Origin: a virus
IMG/VR virus record: IMGVR_UViG_3300024518_004461
Coordinates: 32,001-96,000 of that record
Reading direction: 5' to 3' (one strand)
DNA length: 64,000 nt
Part shown: piece after piece, positions 39,305 through 48,760 of the stretch
Numbering within the stretch: position 1 is the stretch's first letter
Layout of the letters: each line of letters begins with the position of its first letter
Notes under the pieces: model-generated
The model's database searches: none
The model's input: the letters and a program-made list of their open reading frames with translations, nothing else
What the model was told of the DNA's origin: nothing
Translations under genes and position numbers: made by a program

Positions 39305-40300
39305 TTACAACCTAAATCCTTTATCGCTATTCACAAAATAGTATTTATCTGGTGTGAAAAATCCTATATCTTTTAAGAAATATTCCAACTTGTCATGGGT
39401 TATCAAACTATAAAAATCAACTCCCAAAGCATACGCAATCATTTGGCTGTGACCAGCAGTGCAATATAATTTTTTGACTTGTGAATAATTCTCCATTATC
39501 TTTTGTTCATTGGCAACTGAATTATTTAATAATTTGTAATTAATATTATTCTTTTTTAAATAAGAAGCAAAACTGTTGCTTCCATCATGTGACATTACCG
39601 CGATTTTTTCACCTTTAGAAATCAATACTTTAATATATTCAAGCAATTCATCATAGAATTGTTTTTGAGTTTTATTATAGTATCTCCTGTTGGGTCTATC
39701 ATCTTTCAATTCAAAGGTATGATAAATTTTGGAATTTTTAAAAGAGGGGAGATACTTTTCTTTTACATAATAGATCACAGGACACAATTCAAACTGTATA
39801 TTTTGCCCACATTCCTTATCCACTATTTCTCTTAATTTTTGGCAATCGCCCGTATGCCTCATTGAAAAATGCTCACTTTTTTTTATTAGAGTTTCAAGGT
39901 TTTCTTTGAGGATGTTTTTTCGTTTAGGTACACTAAGATTATTGTGTCTGTTGGGCATTGAGCAAGTTTGTCCATGAAACAAATTATAACCTATACTCAT
40001 AACATAAATTTTTGCCGTTATTGCCTCAATAAGATCGCTAGAGATTGCCCACTGCCAACATGAAACCATATTCGGATTAGTATCAGGTAATAATAAACCA
40101 CCCCCGCCTATCACTACATAATCAAACGAATTTAAAAATTGAACGTCTGACGGAGTTACTTTTTTTCGAACATCGAAATTAGACCAGTTCATTTTACAAC
40201 CAATAGCTTCTTCAAATTTCCATTTAGTCGCCGGGCCAAGGAAATAATCACCCGAATTGGATTTTCCATGAACAGCAAAAATATGAATTGCTTTTTTAAT
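39305..40300 (-). CDS. Polysaccharide pyruvyl transferase-like protein (apparent ATT start at 40300)
   Basis: IGGGGLL, SIG, SMR, CPV, HSQMIAYALG. The frame extends upstream of the track's ATG to include the NSGD motif. Confidence 0.75.
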   Translation of the reverse strand: MKKAIHIFAVHGKSNSGDYFLGPATKWKFEEAIGCKMNWSNFDVRKKVTPSDVQFLNSFDYVVIGGGGLLLPDTNPNMVSCWQWAISSDLIEAITAKIYVMSIGYNLFHGQTCSMPNRHNNLSVPKRKNILKENLETLIKKSEHFSMRHTGDCQKLREIVDKECGQNIQFELCPVIYYVKEKYLPSFKNSKIYHTFELKDDRPNRRYYNKTQKQFYDELLEYIKVLISKGEKIAVMSHDGSNSFASYLKKNNINYKLLNNSVANEQKIMENYSQVKKLYCTAGHSQMIAYALGVDFYSLITHDKLEYFLKDIGFFTPDKYYFVNSDKGFRL

Positions 40301-40962
40301 TAGATTCCTACTCCATTCTGTTTGTTTTGTCTATATTCGGTGCCTTTCTTAAATTCTTCAAAAAAAACATTTTTAACGCCATACCCCATACAAATCAAGA
40401 GCCTATCATATCCACCAGAATAAAAACCCCTATGAAAGATTCTTTGATCAAAAATTACAATATCTCCTTTTAGTGGATGAGTTGTATGAATATTGTCGAT
40501 AGTATTTTTTTCTTTCGTGTGGCTCCCAACACTAACGGTTAAAGCATCATTATCATTTAAGTGATCTTGAAGATATAAATTGACTTTATAAATCTTCATG
40601 GATTCTCCATTTATCACAGACCAGGGATTATTTTTTTCAAAAATTCTAGCATCGTTATTTAATCTATCTTTATGCCAGCCGACTGATCTGTTTAGGTGCA
40701 AATCATTATGAGAAATAAATTCCACCGGCTCATCAATTAATTCAGAAATTATTTTCGAAAAATCCTTTTCCTCTGTCTTTTTTCTTAATTGCTGTAAAGA
40801 ATCCTCCTTGACCCAATCTGGTTTTGCTTTACCTGTGGAATTAGAAAATCCACCCCCAGAATTAAAATATCTCATAGACTCCATTCTCATGAGATCTATA
40901 TCCTCAGAACTAAAAACACCCCTAATGATTATAAAACCATTATCTTTAAGTTCTTCATTCAT
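40300..40962 (-). CDS. PhyH-like Fe(II)/2OG dioxygenase
   Basis: DNGFIIIRGVFS, WHKD, GSH, GDIVIFDQRIFHRG; ATGA overlap with the neuB stop. Confidence 0.8.
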   Translation of the reverse strand: MNEELKDNGFIIIRGVFSSEDIDLMRMESMRYFNSGGGFSNSTGKAKPDWVKEDSLQQLRKKTEEKDFSKIISELIDEPVEFISHNDLHLNRSVGWHKDRLNNDARIFEKNNPWSVINGESMKIYKVNLYLQDHLNDNDALTVSVGSHTKEKNTIDNIHTTHPLKGDIVIFDQRIFHRGFYSGGYDRLLICMGYGVKNVFFEEFKKGTEYRQNKQNGVGI

Positions 40963-41774
40963 TTTCTCAAGCTTTTTTTCTTTTCCAGTTCGCTTCCCAA
41001 GCATTTCCTTGGTCCAGGCGTACCTAGACTCCGTTCAATATCTCTAATCCCTTTTACTAATTTATATAACCCATGTGGTTCAACCGACAAAGCTTGATCA
41101 CTTCCCCACATAGTCCGATCAAGAGTTATATGACGTTCAACCCACGACGCACCCAATGTTACAGCCGCAAAAGTTGTGATCAAACCAAATTCATGACCAC
41201 TATAACCTACATCAACATTCCATTTGTCCACTAGCCATTTGATATAATATAAATTTAACTCCTCGATGGGAGACGGGTAAGATGAATTTGTATGCATAAT
41301 AACATCAGGATTACAGGCGTTTACACATTTTTCGATTTCTTCTTCCGTACTCATACCAGTTGAAATTATCAACAAATCACTATTCTCTCGGGCATAACGA
41401 CAAAGTTCTAGATCGTTTATCATGGCTGATCCAATCTTAGTTGTTCCTGTGTATTGTTTCATAAAGTCCACCGAGGGCTTGTCCCACACCGAAGCAAAAA
41501 TTTCTATAGGCTTATCTTCTATGTAGCTATAAAGTTCGTCGTATTCTTGTTTTTCAAACTCTATTTGTTTTTTATAATCGATATATTTCATTTCGCCCCA
41601 TGGTGTCTTCCTAGGTTTGTTTTTTTGATGATCGGGTACACAAATATCTGGTGTACGTTTTTGAAACTTAGCATAGTCACAACCCGCAGCAACCGAAGCA
41701 TCAATAAGTTTTTTGGCTACCTCAATATCTCCATTATGATTAATCCCTATTTCAGAAATTATTTTAGTTTTCAC
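40959..41774 (-). CDS. neuB: N-acetylneuraminate/nonulosonate synthase family (no C-terminal SAF domain)
   Basis: SEIGINHNGD, KFQKR, KIGS, ISTGMS, HTNSSYP, GYSGHE, ERHITLDR. Confidence 0.92.
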   Translation of the reverse strand: MKTKIISEIGINHNGDIEVAKKLIDASVAAGCDYAKFQKRTPDICVPDHQKNKPRKTPWGEMKYIDYKKQIEFEKQEYDELYSYIEDKPIEIFASVWDKPSVDFMKQYTGTTKIGSAMINDLELCRYARENSDLLIISTGMSTEEEIEKCVNACNPDVIMHTNSSYPSPIEELNLYYIKWLVDKWNVDVGYSGHEFGLITTFAAVTLGASWVERHITLDRTMWGSDQALSVEPHGLYKLVKGIRDIERSLGTPGPRKCLGSELEKKKSLRK

Positions 41775-42435
41775 TTATTTTCTCCCAATCTGTTTTGTAA
41801 TCCACATCAAGGACATCCTCAATCATGTAAAAAGTAGTATCTTCATTATACATATTATTATTTAATTTATCCACTTCATCTGCCACATATATGGAAATAA
41901 AATGTGAAATTTCAAAACACTTTGGATAATCCTGTCGTCGATATAAATCGTGACTAATGATTTGTTGTCCTTTACCATTTGATTTCTCATACATACATAA
42001 ATAGGGATGCGAGTTTACTTCCTTCTTGCACAAGACAGAACGGGAATTTGTTTCGAGGTAAAATTTAAGTGCTCTTTCGATCTGGACCCAAGTGCGAGTG
42101 GGATATGTTAAGTAAAGCATTAGGATCACTTCATCCTCTCGAATTTCACAATCCACCAGGCATTCTAAAATAGCAGACCTAGTAGAAGCATCATCACTAG
42201 CAGTAGAAGAACTTCTAAGATGATAACCAATCTCTCTATCCTTACAAAATTTAATAATTTGTTTATCATCAGAAGATATTATCAAATCTTTAATTTTAAT
42301 ATCGGGAATGATATCCAATGTGTTGGATAAAAGCTTTCTATTCTTAAATGGAAAACCTTTAGAATTCCGGCGAGCAGGAATTATTATTTTATAAGGAAAA
42401 TCCATATTACCTAAGTGCTGTTGGTGAGTTTTCAC
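41764..42435 (-). CDS. neuA: Acylneuraminate cytidylyltransferase
   Basis: IPARRNSKGFPFKN, SSDD, LYLTYPTR, RRQDYP, DVD..TDW. Confidence 0.85.
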   Translation of the reverse strand: MKTHQQHLGNMDFPYKIIIPARRNSKGFPFKNRKLLSNTLDIIPDIKIKDLIISSDDKQIIKFCKDREIGYHLRSSSTASDDASTRSAILECLVDCEIREDEVILMLYLTYPTRTWVQIERALKFYLETNSRSVLCKKEVNSHPYLCMYEKSNGKGQQIISHDLYRRQDYPKCFEISHFISIYVADEVDKLNNNMYNEDTTFYMIEDVLDVDYKTDWEKISEN

Positions 42436-43100
42436 TTTTTCCTATTATCCCCTCTATCCCCAATATGATATGCTCTTGCTTTGGGATTAAATCCAATTGG
42501 AAATCCACATTTGCGAATCGCAAAACTCCACATTACATCGGGCGCATTTCCAAACAAACCAAAAGGTTCTATTTGCTCCATAACATCACGATGAACAATT
42601 GAGTTTGCTACATATGCTGTGGGCGAATCTTCGACTACACCTGTTTCGACATTATAATCAAGTGGTCGATGCGGCAACTGTAGAGACATACTAGGAAACT
42701 GCATCCAATCTTCTCCATGTTCATGACGCTCCCCTAAATCGTTTGTTAGTCGGAATCCATATTGACCGGGTTTTTTATCTTTTAAAAACTCGCTCATGTT
42801 TTCGTACCATTTTTCATCTGGTATAATATCATCATCAAATATACCAACCCATTCAGTAGTAATATTTTGCATCCCTAATCGAAACTTTCTCATCTTATCA
42901 ACATCCCAGCCTGGATAAATAATACTTTTTCCGCCCAAGTCATTTACTAATTGGGTAAGCAAAGATTCTCTAGGCGCGACCAACACATAGTTTTGATTGC
43001 TTGCTTTAATACAACTAGGAATAACACGCTCCAGCATAAGCCCGTGTCTAGGATGGCCATCCTCTAGATTTGATGTAACTTGAATAATTCCTAAATCCAT
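42432..43100 (-). CDS. Glycosyltransferase (GT-A fold)
   Basis: WVGIFDDDI, PDVMWS, AYHIG. Confidence 0.6.
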   Translation of the reverse strand: MDLGIIQVTSNLEDGHPRHGLMLERVIPSCIKASNQNYVLVAPRESLLTQLVNDLGGKSIIYPGWDVDKMRKFRLGMQNITTEWVGIFDDDIIPDEKWYENMSEFLKDKKPGQYGFRLTNDLGERHEHGEDWMQFPSMSLQLPHRPLDYNVETGVVEDSPTAYVANSIVHRDVMEQIEPFGLFGNAPDVMWSFAIRKCGFPIGFNPKARAYHIGDRGDNRKK

Positions 43101-43112
43101 ATTTCTTGCTTT

Positions 43113-44381
43113 CTATTGTAAAGACATTTGAGAGGCTATAGATAGTGCTTCATCAATCACTTGTTCTGTAGAAATAACAGGAGGAATACAAGCTTCCACA
43201 AATTTGTTATACATCACCGGAGCAGAAAATTCTTTAGTTACATACTTCTGAAGTTTCTTTGCTTTCGACTTTGGTTCACCATAGCTTTTACGAACAGAGC
43301 GCAAAACTTTTTTATAATCCCATTCTTTTGCAAAAGACCATTGTGAATCTGCTTGAATTACTCCTTCCCATTTTGCTTCTGGTTGAATCATTTTGATATC
43401 ATAAGAAACAGGTGAGAACATCGCTGTCTTTTTTGTTTTTCCTTTCTTATCCTTGACATCCATATAAAGATAGTCGCATTGACCACCCCACCCAACTGTA
43501 ACAATCGGTAATCCATTATATGCGGCTTCAAATAGTGGTAGTCCAAAACCTTCACCGTGACCAATGTTAATTAATGCCTTAACTTTTTCATCCTGATAAA
43601 GACTATTCATTTCTTCTTCGGCTAAGTCTCCATGCAAAAGATAAACACTGCATTTGCGATTTTTATATTCAGCCAACAAATCCTTAAGACGAATTTCAGT
43701 TATTTGCCTATCTCTTTTGGAGTTTTTTGCCAACGAAGTTTTTACAACAAGGCCGACCTCTTGATCATAAAATTCTTCAACAAACCATTTGATGGTATTT
43801 TCTAAATTTTTCCTAGGTATCCAGGTGCCAACTGTAAGGAAATTAAAATCATCCTTAAGTTCTAGCTTTATAGGGCTTGTCTGAGTATCTTTTACAGGAT
43901 AACCAACCACATCAACTGGTGTATTTACTTTTGCTATAAACTCTTGACCCGTGGTTGGATCTTGTGTTTTGATTTCCGTAGTATCAAAGCCAAATTTTGA
44001 ATGTTCTGAAACTACAATGATTTTATCCATTAGGAAGGATTTTTCTACCCATTGAGGAGCAATTTTAGTAGTCTCGATTCCAGCCGTAACGCCAATATTG
44101 TAAGGAGCTATTTTCTCCCATTCATTAGGAATTGTTACCTGAAGTGACATATCAAATGTACCACCACTTTGAGTATATTGAATTGTTTTTTGTAGCAGAA
44201 AATCAATCCATTGTCTTTCCTCATTGTCTTCCCATAGCCATCCAGTAGCGCCCCAATTGGTGCTCAAGAGATATACATCAAATAGTTCCGGCTTTGATCG
44301 GAGCGAACGTAAAACAAATCGTGTATGTTCTCCATATCCGCTTTGACTTAGTGCTGGACCTCTTACTAAAATTGTTTTCAT
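43113..44381 (-). CDS. Glycosyltransferase family 4 (GT-B)
   Basis: SGYG, PRKN, GEGFGLPLFEAA. Confidence 0.85.
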   Translation of the reverse strand: MKTILVRGPALSQSGYGEHTRFVLRSLRSKPELFDVYLLSTNWGATGWLWEDNEERQWIDFLLQKTIQYTQSGGTFDMSLQVTIPNEWEKIAPYNIGVTAGIETTKIAPQWVEKSFLMDKIIVVSEHSKFGFDTTEIKTQDPTTGQEFIAKVNTPVDVVGYPVKDTQTSPIKLELKDDFNFLTVGTWIPRKNLENTIKWFVEEFYDQEVGLVVKTSLAKNSKRDRQITEIRLKDLLAEYKNRKCSVYLLHGDLAEEEMNSLYQDEKVKALINIGHGEGFGLPLFEAAYNGLPIVTVGWGGQCDYLYMDVKDKKGKTKKTAMFSPVSYDIKMIQPEAKWEGVIQADSQWSFAKEWDYKKVLRSVRKSYGEPKSKAKKLQKYVTKEFSAPVMYNKFVEACIPPVISTEQVIDEALSIASQMSLQ

Positions 44382-45721
44382 ACTGCTATTAGCTCCCATG
44401 TTTTATAATTTTTTCGTGTTTCCCAAGAACCATGCTTTTCGTGAGTATCGTTTATAATCTTTTCCCATTGAGAAGAAAAATTATCAAAATTATAATTCTC
44501 AAGAACATGTTGCCTTGCGCACTCGCCCATTTCTTTACGTTTACTAGCGCCGAACTCATACATCATCATTAGTCCATCAACAACTCTTTCTTCTGAAACT
44601 CTATCTTCGTAAATAAAGGGAACTTCCTGCGAACCAATAATTGCTTTAGATGTTGGCTCAAGTCCAATACCATGTTTATATTCAGTCACACCTTTGTTCC
44701 TTTTGTTTCGCGATAGCATCTTTTTTTGTGTTATGTCTTTCAATGAAGTAACTTGCTCTTGAAGTCCGCCAGTCATTGTTGTCATGATAGGTGTACCACA
44801 AGCCATTGATTCAAACGTAGCCAATCCGAAGCCTTCGGCATCCGAAATGTTTATCGTGCAATCCGCCGCATTATATATATTTACCAAAGCATCAGGAGGA
44901 ATTTTTTCACCTGATATCAAGACCTCTCTATTTTGTAGATCTAGGTCATTGATAATAGCATATAGATCTTGTCCGTTTGGATCATTGGCAGCAGTATGCA
45001 TAAGTAATGTAGCATTTGCTTCAGGATGCTTTTTTATTAGCTTCTTGCGGAAAGCATCAAACCAATAAATCAATGAACCACTTTGTTTACGGCGAGCATT
45101 TCTATTATTCCAAAATACTAACATATGATTCTCATCTTCGATCCCAAAATGTTGTTTTCTGAATTGCTTGATATTCGTGTCGCTGAGTGGCTTAAATAGC
45201 TCTCCTGGTGTTGCATGAGGAAGATAATGTTCTTCTACATTTGGAGCAACTGTTTTTACAATATCTGAAGTTAATTTAGAAATGGTAGCAACCACATCAG
45301 TTGATTCATACCAAATCTTATTAAAAGTTGGATAAGGATAATTGTCCCACACATGATAATAAACCATAGGAACCAAAGACCTTATTTCGTTTTCTATTTC
45401 CCATAGCCAGCCATAAAAACGTGGATCAGTCATGAACCATAGAATATCCGGTTTAGTAGAACGCAGAATTGAACGAATTGTTTCGGCGTTTCCATAACCA
45501 TCGATGGGATAGATGATCCAGTCATCACCAAATTCTTCAGTCTTCTGAGGTTCATAGTTTTTGTGCTTCATGGCACCACCAAGACTAATAAATTCGAATT
45601 TTCCTGTCTTGAGGAGTTCAACAATAAAATATTTTGTTTGGGTGCCTACACCAGAGGGTGAAAGTGGGTGGTCGGATATAGTTAGAATTTTAATCTTTTT
45701 TTCGGGTTTCGGTTGTGCCAT
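44378..45721 (-). CDS. Glycosyltransferase family 4 (GT-B)
   Basis: PSGVG, NRNARRK, YNAAD, AEGFGLATFESMACG; AAGGAG RBS. Confidence 0.9.
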   Translation of the reverse strand: MAQPKPEKKIKILTISDHPLSPSGVGTQTKYFIVELLKTGKFEFISLGGAMKHKNYEPQKTEEFGDDWIIYPIDGYGNAETIRSILRSTKPDILWFMTDPRFYGWLWEIENEIRSLVPMVYYHVWDNYPYPTFNKIWYESTDVVATISKLTSDIVKTVAPNVEEHYLPHATPGELFKPLSDTNIKQFRKQHFGIEDENHMLVFWNNRNARRKQSGSLIYWFDAFRKKLIKKHPEANATLLMHTAANDPNGQDLYAIINDLDLQNREVLISGEKIPPDALVNIYNAADCTINISDAEGFGLATFESMACGTPIMTTMTGGLQEQVTSLKDITQKKMLSRNKRNKGVTEYKHGIGLEPTSKAIIGSQEVPFIYEDRVSEERVVDGLMMMYEFGASKRKEMGECARQHVLENYNFDNFSSQWEKIINDTHEKHGSWETRKNYKTWELIAV

Positions 45722-45729
45722 TAGTCTCC

Positions 45730-46497
45730 TTAAGGGCACCACTCCGTTCTGTGAAATTCACACTTCGCACAACTAAGACGATTTTTGGGGTGGTTCTTAT
45801 TATGGATATTATACACCGCCTTGTTTAAAACATTAAGCGAATTATTTATTTTTTTTTGTCCGCTGGAAACTCTAAAGATTTCTATCCTGTTTTTCTTGGC
45901 CGTTCGCTTCAATAATCCAAAGTATGTTTCTACCATAATCGGATCAATATTGTGCTTCTTACAAAAGAAATGCTTATAATAAGTGAGCTGGTATGTAACC
46001 ATTTTATCTGTCTTTCGTCTTATGTCCCAACCCCAAGAACACGACTTCCAATCTATAATGTGATATTTTCCATCAGGTGTTTTAATAACAAGATCTAGAA
46101 AGCCCTTATAGTCATAGTTACCTGGGCTGTCTATAATAGGTTCGAAGATTTGTTCTTCTGCTGAGATGACTGTATATTGTGGAAACTTTAGTTTCAGTGC
46201 TTTTAGAACTAGCGCAGCCAGTTCAACACCATGCACTTTCATGTCACCAATCATTTTTTGTTCTTTGATTGTTATTTCTTCTAACTTTCCTAGTTCTTCA
46301 TCAAATGAGTTACTGAAAATCTTATCATAATCTTCTGTGTTATCTAAAACTAATTTTTCACAGGCTTCATGAAGCGCAGATCCAAAAGCAGTATAAACAT
46401 TTCCTGTGAATCCCTTTAATTTATCTATGTAAGTTAGTTTATGATAAAAGGGGCAAAAGTCCCAGTTTTTGAGTGCGCTAAAAGATACATGAGGCAT
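45730..46497 (-). CDS. Cas4-like PD-(D/E)XK exonuclease
   Basis: SFSAL..WDFCP, GSALH, GFLDLV, IIDWKS, QLTYY; C-terminal CAKC...C (four-Cys Fe-S pattern). Confidence 0.85.
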   Translation of the reverse strand: MPHVSFSALKNWDFCPFYHKLTYIDKLKGFTGNVYTAFGSALHEACEKLVLDNTEDYDKIFSNSFDEELGKLEEITIKEQKMIGDMKVHGVELAALVLKALKLKFPQYTVISAEEQIFEPIIDSPGNYDYKGFLDLVIKTPDGKYHIIDWKSCSWGWDIRRKTDKMVTYQLTYYKHFFCKKHNIDPIMVETYFGLLKRTAKKNRIEIFRVSSGQKKINNSLNVLNKAVYNIHNKNHPKNRLSCAKCEFHRTEWCP

Positions 46498-46534
46498 ATT
46501 AACTCCTTGTGGCATAAGCCAACGTTATAGTAAT

Positions 46535-46563
46535 ATTCTATCATGTAAAAGAGAAGAAGTCAA
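46535..46563 (-). promoter_or_regulatory. sigma70-type promoter
   Basis: TTGACT-N17-TAGAAT with TG extension. Confidence 0.7.
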
Positions 46564-46570
46564 AGAGTAT

Positions 46571-47263
46571 TTAACTAATTTCATTATATATTTTATTAAT
46601 CTTGGAGTAAAGTACAGGATTTACATTCTTTAATAAATCAGGATCTCCAAATAAATATTCTTCAACACCATTTGCAAAATATTCACGAATTGATGTAACC
46701 GAATAAGGAGAAATAAATAAATTTGGAATTATTAATGAAAGACGGTCATAACCTATCTCATTATATAATAAATCATCTAATTCATCAGTGAGATCAGGAT
46801 CAAAAAAGATATTTCTAGAAAAGTAAAAGCCTTCATGATTTAGTAAAGAAATTAGCTTATCTTTTTTGGCTTTAAATTCATTTTGAATTAATTTATCACC
46901 ATAAATTTCATAGCCCATCTTTTCTTCTAAGGCATGTGCTAATTCATGACAGATGTTTCTAGCAATCAATTCTTCAGAAGCATAATCTATATTTTTAAAA
47001 GAAGATAAATAAATAACACCATCTTTAAACATGGCTTCAATATTTCTTTCTTCTAATTCTTTAAAATCCCCTATATAGATTCCATCTATAAGATTTAAGA
47101 TTTGTGAAGGAATGTTTTTCTCTAAATTCTTAATAATGTTATTGAAGTCAATATCATTTGGAAGTTTATTTACAACAACGACAGGCACAAGGCCTTTTAA
47201 AAGAGAGAATTCATTTCTGTTTTTTAATGCGTGAGAAGAACTGCTTTTTATATAATCTTTCAT
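46571..47263 (-). CDS. Zincin-like metallopeptidase
   Basis: CHELAH and downstream REYFANGVE. Confidence 0.65.
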   Translation of the reverse strand: MKDYIKSSSSHALKNRNEFSLLKGLVPVVVVNKLPNDIDFNNIIKNLEKNIPSQILNLIDGIYIGDFKELEERNIEAMFKDGVIYLSSFKNIDYASEELIARNICHELAHALEEKMGYEIYGDKLIQNEFKAKKDKLISLLNHEGFYFSRNIFFDPDLTDELDDLLYNEIGYDRLSLIIPNLFISPYSVTSIREYFANGVEEYLFGDPDLLKNVNPVLYSKINKIYNEIS

Positions 47264-47322
47264 ATATTTAAATAATGTATCTTAATTAATATCATGCTTC
47301 GCAAAGTCTGTCAAGTTAAAAG

Positions 47323-48648
47323 TTAAAGATTTTTTGCACATAAGGTTGCGACCTTGCTTCTTTCACCTTTAATAAATGTGATATGTCCTGTGATATCAAA
47401 ATATTTTAATTTTTCAATCACGTAGGTTAAACCGTTTGTAGTCTCATCAATATTCACATTATCTATTTGTTCAATGTCACCAGTCAAAACAATTTTAGTT
47501 CCTTCACCTACTCTAGTAAGTATAGTCTTTATTTCATGCCGTGTCAAGTTCTGGCACTCATCAATAATAATATAAGCATTTTGAATTGAGCGACCACGAA
47601 TATAAGTTAGAGCCTCGACCTCAATTATTCTTTTATCCATATATGACTCTAGCATTAAATTATCATCACCAAATAAGAATCTTAAATTATCTTGAATTGG
47701 CGCTAGCCATGGCACCATTTTATCCTCTAGAGATCCAGGTAAATAGCCAATGTCTTTTCCCATGGGTTGAACTGGTCTAGAAACAATTAATCTATTATAT
47801 ACTGAAGATTCTCCCATTATCTGTTGCAATCCCGCTGCAATAGCACACAAAGTCTTTCCGCTTCCTGCTTTACCAATAAGAGAAACCACAGGAACATTTG
47901 GATCTAAAAGTAAATCCAACGCACAATTTTGTTCTTTGTTTTTTGGTGCTATGCCCCATCCATCTGATTCTTTATGTTGAGGAATTTTTTTAAATTCTGT
48001 ATTCTCATCAATGAATCTAGTAATTGCTGTTTTCTTTTCATTCGACGAAGATACCAGCATTACATATTGATTGGGATATAATTCTGCTTTGTCATCTATC
48101 GCATTATACAGATAAACGCTTTCACCTGTATAGAAACGGTCAATTATTTGATCATCCACAAGTAGCTTTGTAAAGCCACCATACAATTCAGAACTTTCCT
48201 TTATAACATTTTCGCTACTATAGTTTTCTGCATTTACTCCAATAGCATCACACTTAATTCTTAGGTTAATATCGTTGGATACTAATATCACCTTACGGCT
48301 TGGAAACTCTTTTATAAGTGTAAGTGCGGCGGCAATAATCTGATGATCAGCCGTATTAGGATCATAGCCAGAAGGTAATTCAGATAAATCTGGTGTTTTA
48401 GTAAAAACTAAGCCACGCCCTTTTCGAATTCGAATCCCTTTTTGAAAACTTCCTCTATTTCGTAATTCATCTAGGGTTCTAATAATTCCTCTAGCATTTG
48501 CGCCGACGCCGTTTGGTCTTTTTTTGTTGTTATCTAATTCTTCTAATACTACTAGCGGAACATATATATCTCCGTTCCCATAAGAAAAAATTGAATTACA
48601 ATCTGTGAGGTATACGCTCGTATCAAGAACATAAATCTTTTTTGCCAT
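47323..48648 (-). CDS. phoH: PhoH-family ATPase with N-terminal PIN domain
   Basis: YVLDTSV/EELD/DINLRIK (PIN); GKAGSGKT, IGYLPG, YIRGRSI, IIDECQN, GDIEQID. Confidence 0.92.
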   Translation of the reverse strand: MAKKIYVLDTSVYLTDCNSIFSYGNGDIYVPLVVLEELDNNKKRPNGVGANARGIIRTLDELRNRGSFQKGIRIRKGRGLVFTKTPDLSELPSGYDPNTADHQIIAAALTLIKEFPSRKVILVSNDINLRIKCDAIGVNAENYSSENVIKESSELYGGFTKLLVDDQIIDRFYTGESVYLYNAIDDKAELYPNQYVMLVSSSNEKKTAITRFIDENTEFKKIPQHKESDGWGIAPKNKEQNCALDLLLDPNVPVVSLIGKAGSGKTLCAIAAGLQQIMGESSVYNRLIVSRPVQPMGKDIGYLPGSLEDKMVPWLAPIQDNLRFLFGDDNLMLESYMDKRIIEVEALTYIRGRSIQNAYIIIDECQNLTRHEIKTILTRVGEGTKIVLTGDIEQIDNVNIDETTNGLTYVIEKLKYFDITGHITFIKGERSKVATLCAKNL

Positions 48649-48760
48649 ATTTTACTTCCGTTATTCGTTTTTGGTGCTGACAATCCAGCCCCTAATAATA
48701 AATAGCCAAGCCGTTTGAGAATTTTCTTTATAGTTACTTTGTAGGGAAAAAAAAATAATC

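Noticed and set aside
23685-45721. Bacterial chromosomal O-antigen/capsule locus
   Set aside because: It is flanked on both sides by phage genes and lacks flippase, polymerase and export genes
45730-46570. CRISPR-Cas locus suggested by the Cas4-like gene
   Set aside because: No repeat-spacer array or other cas genes were seen anywhere in the window
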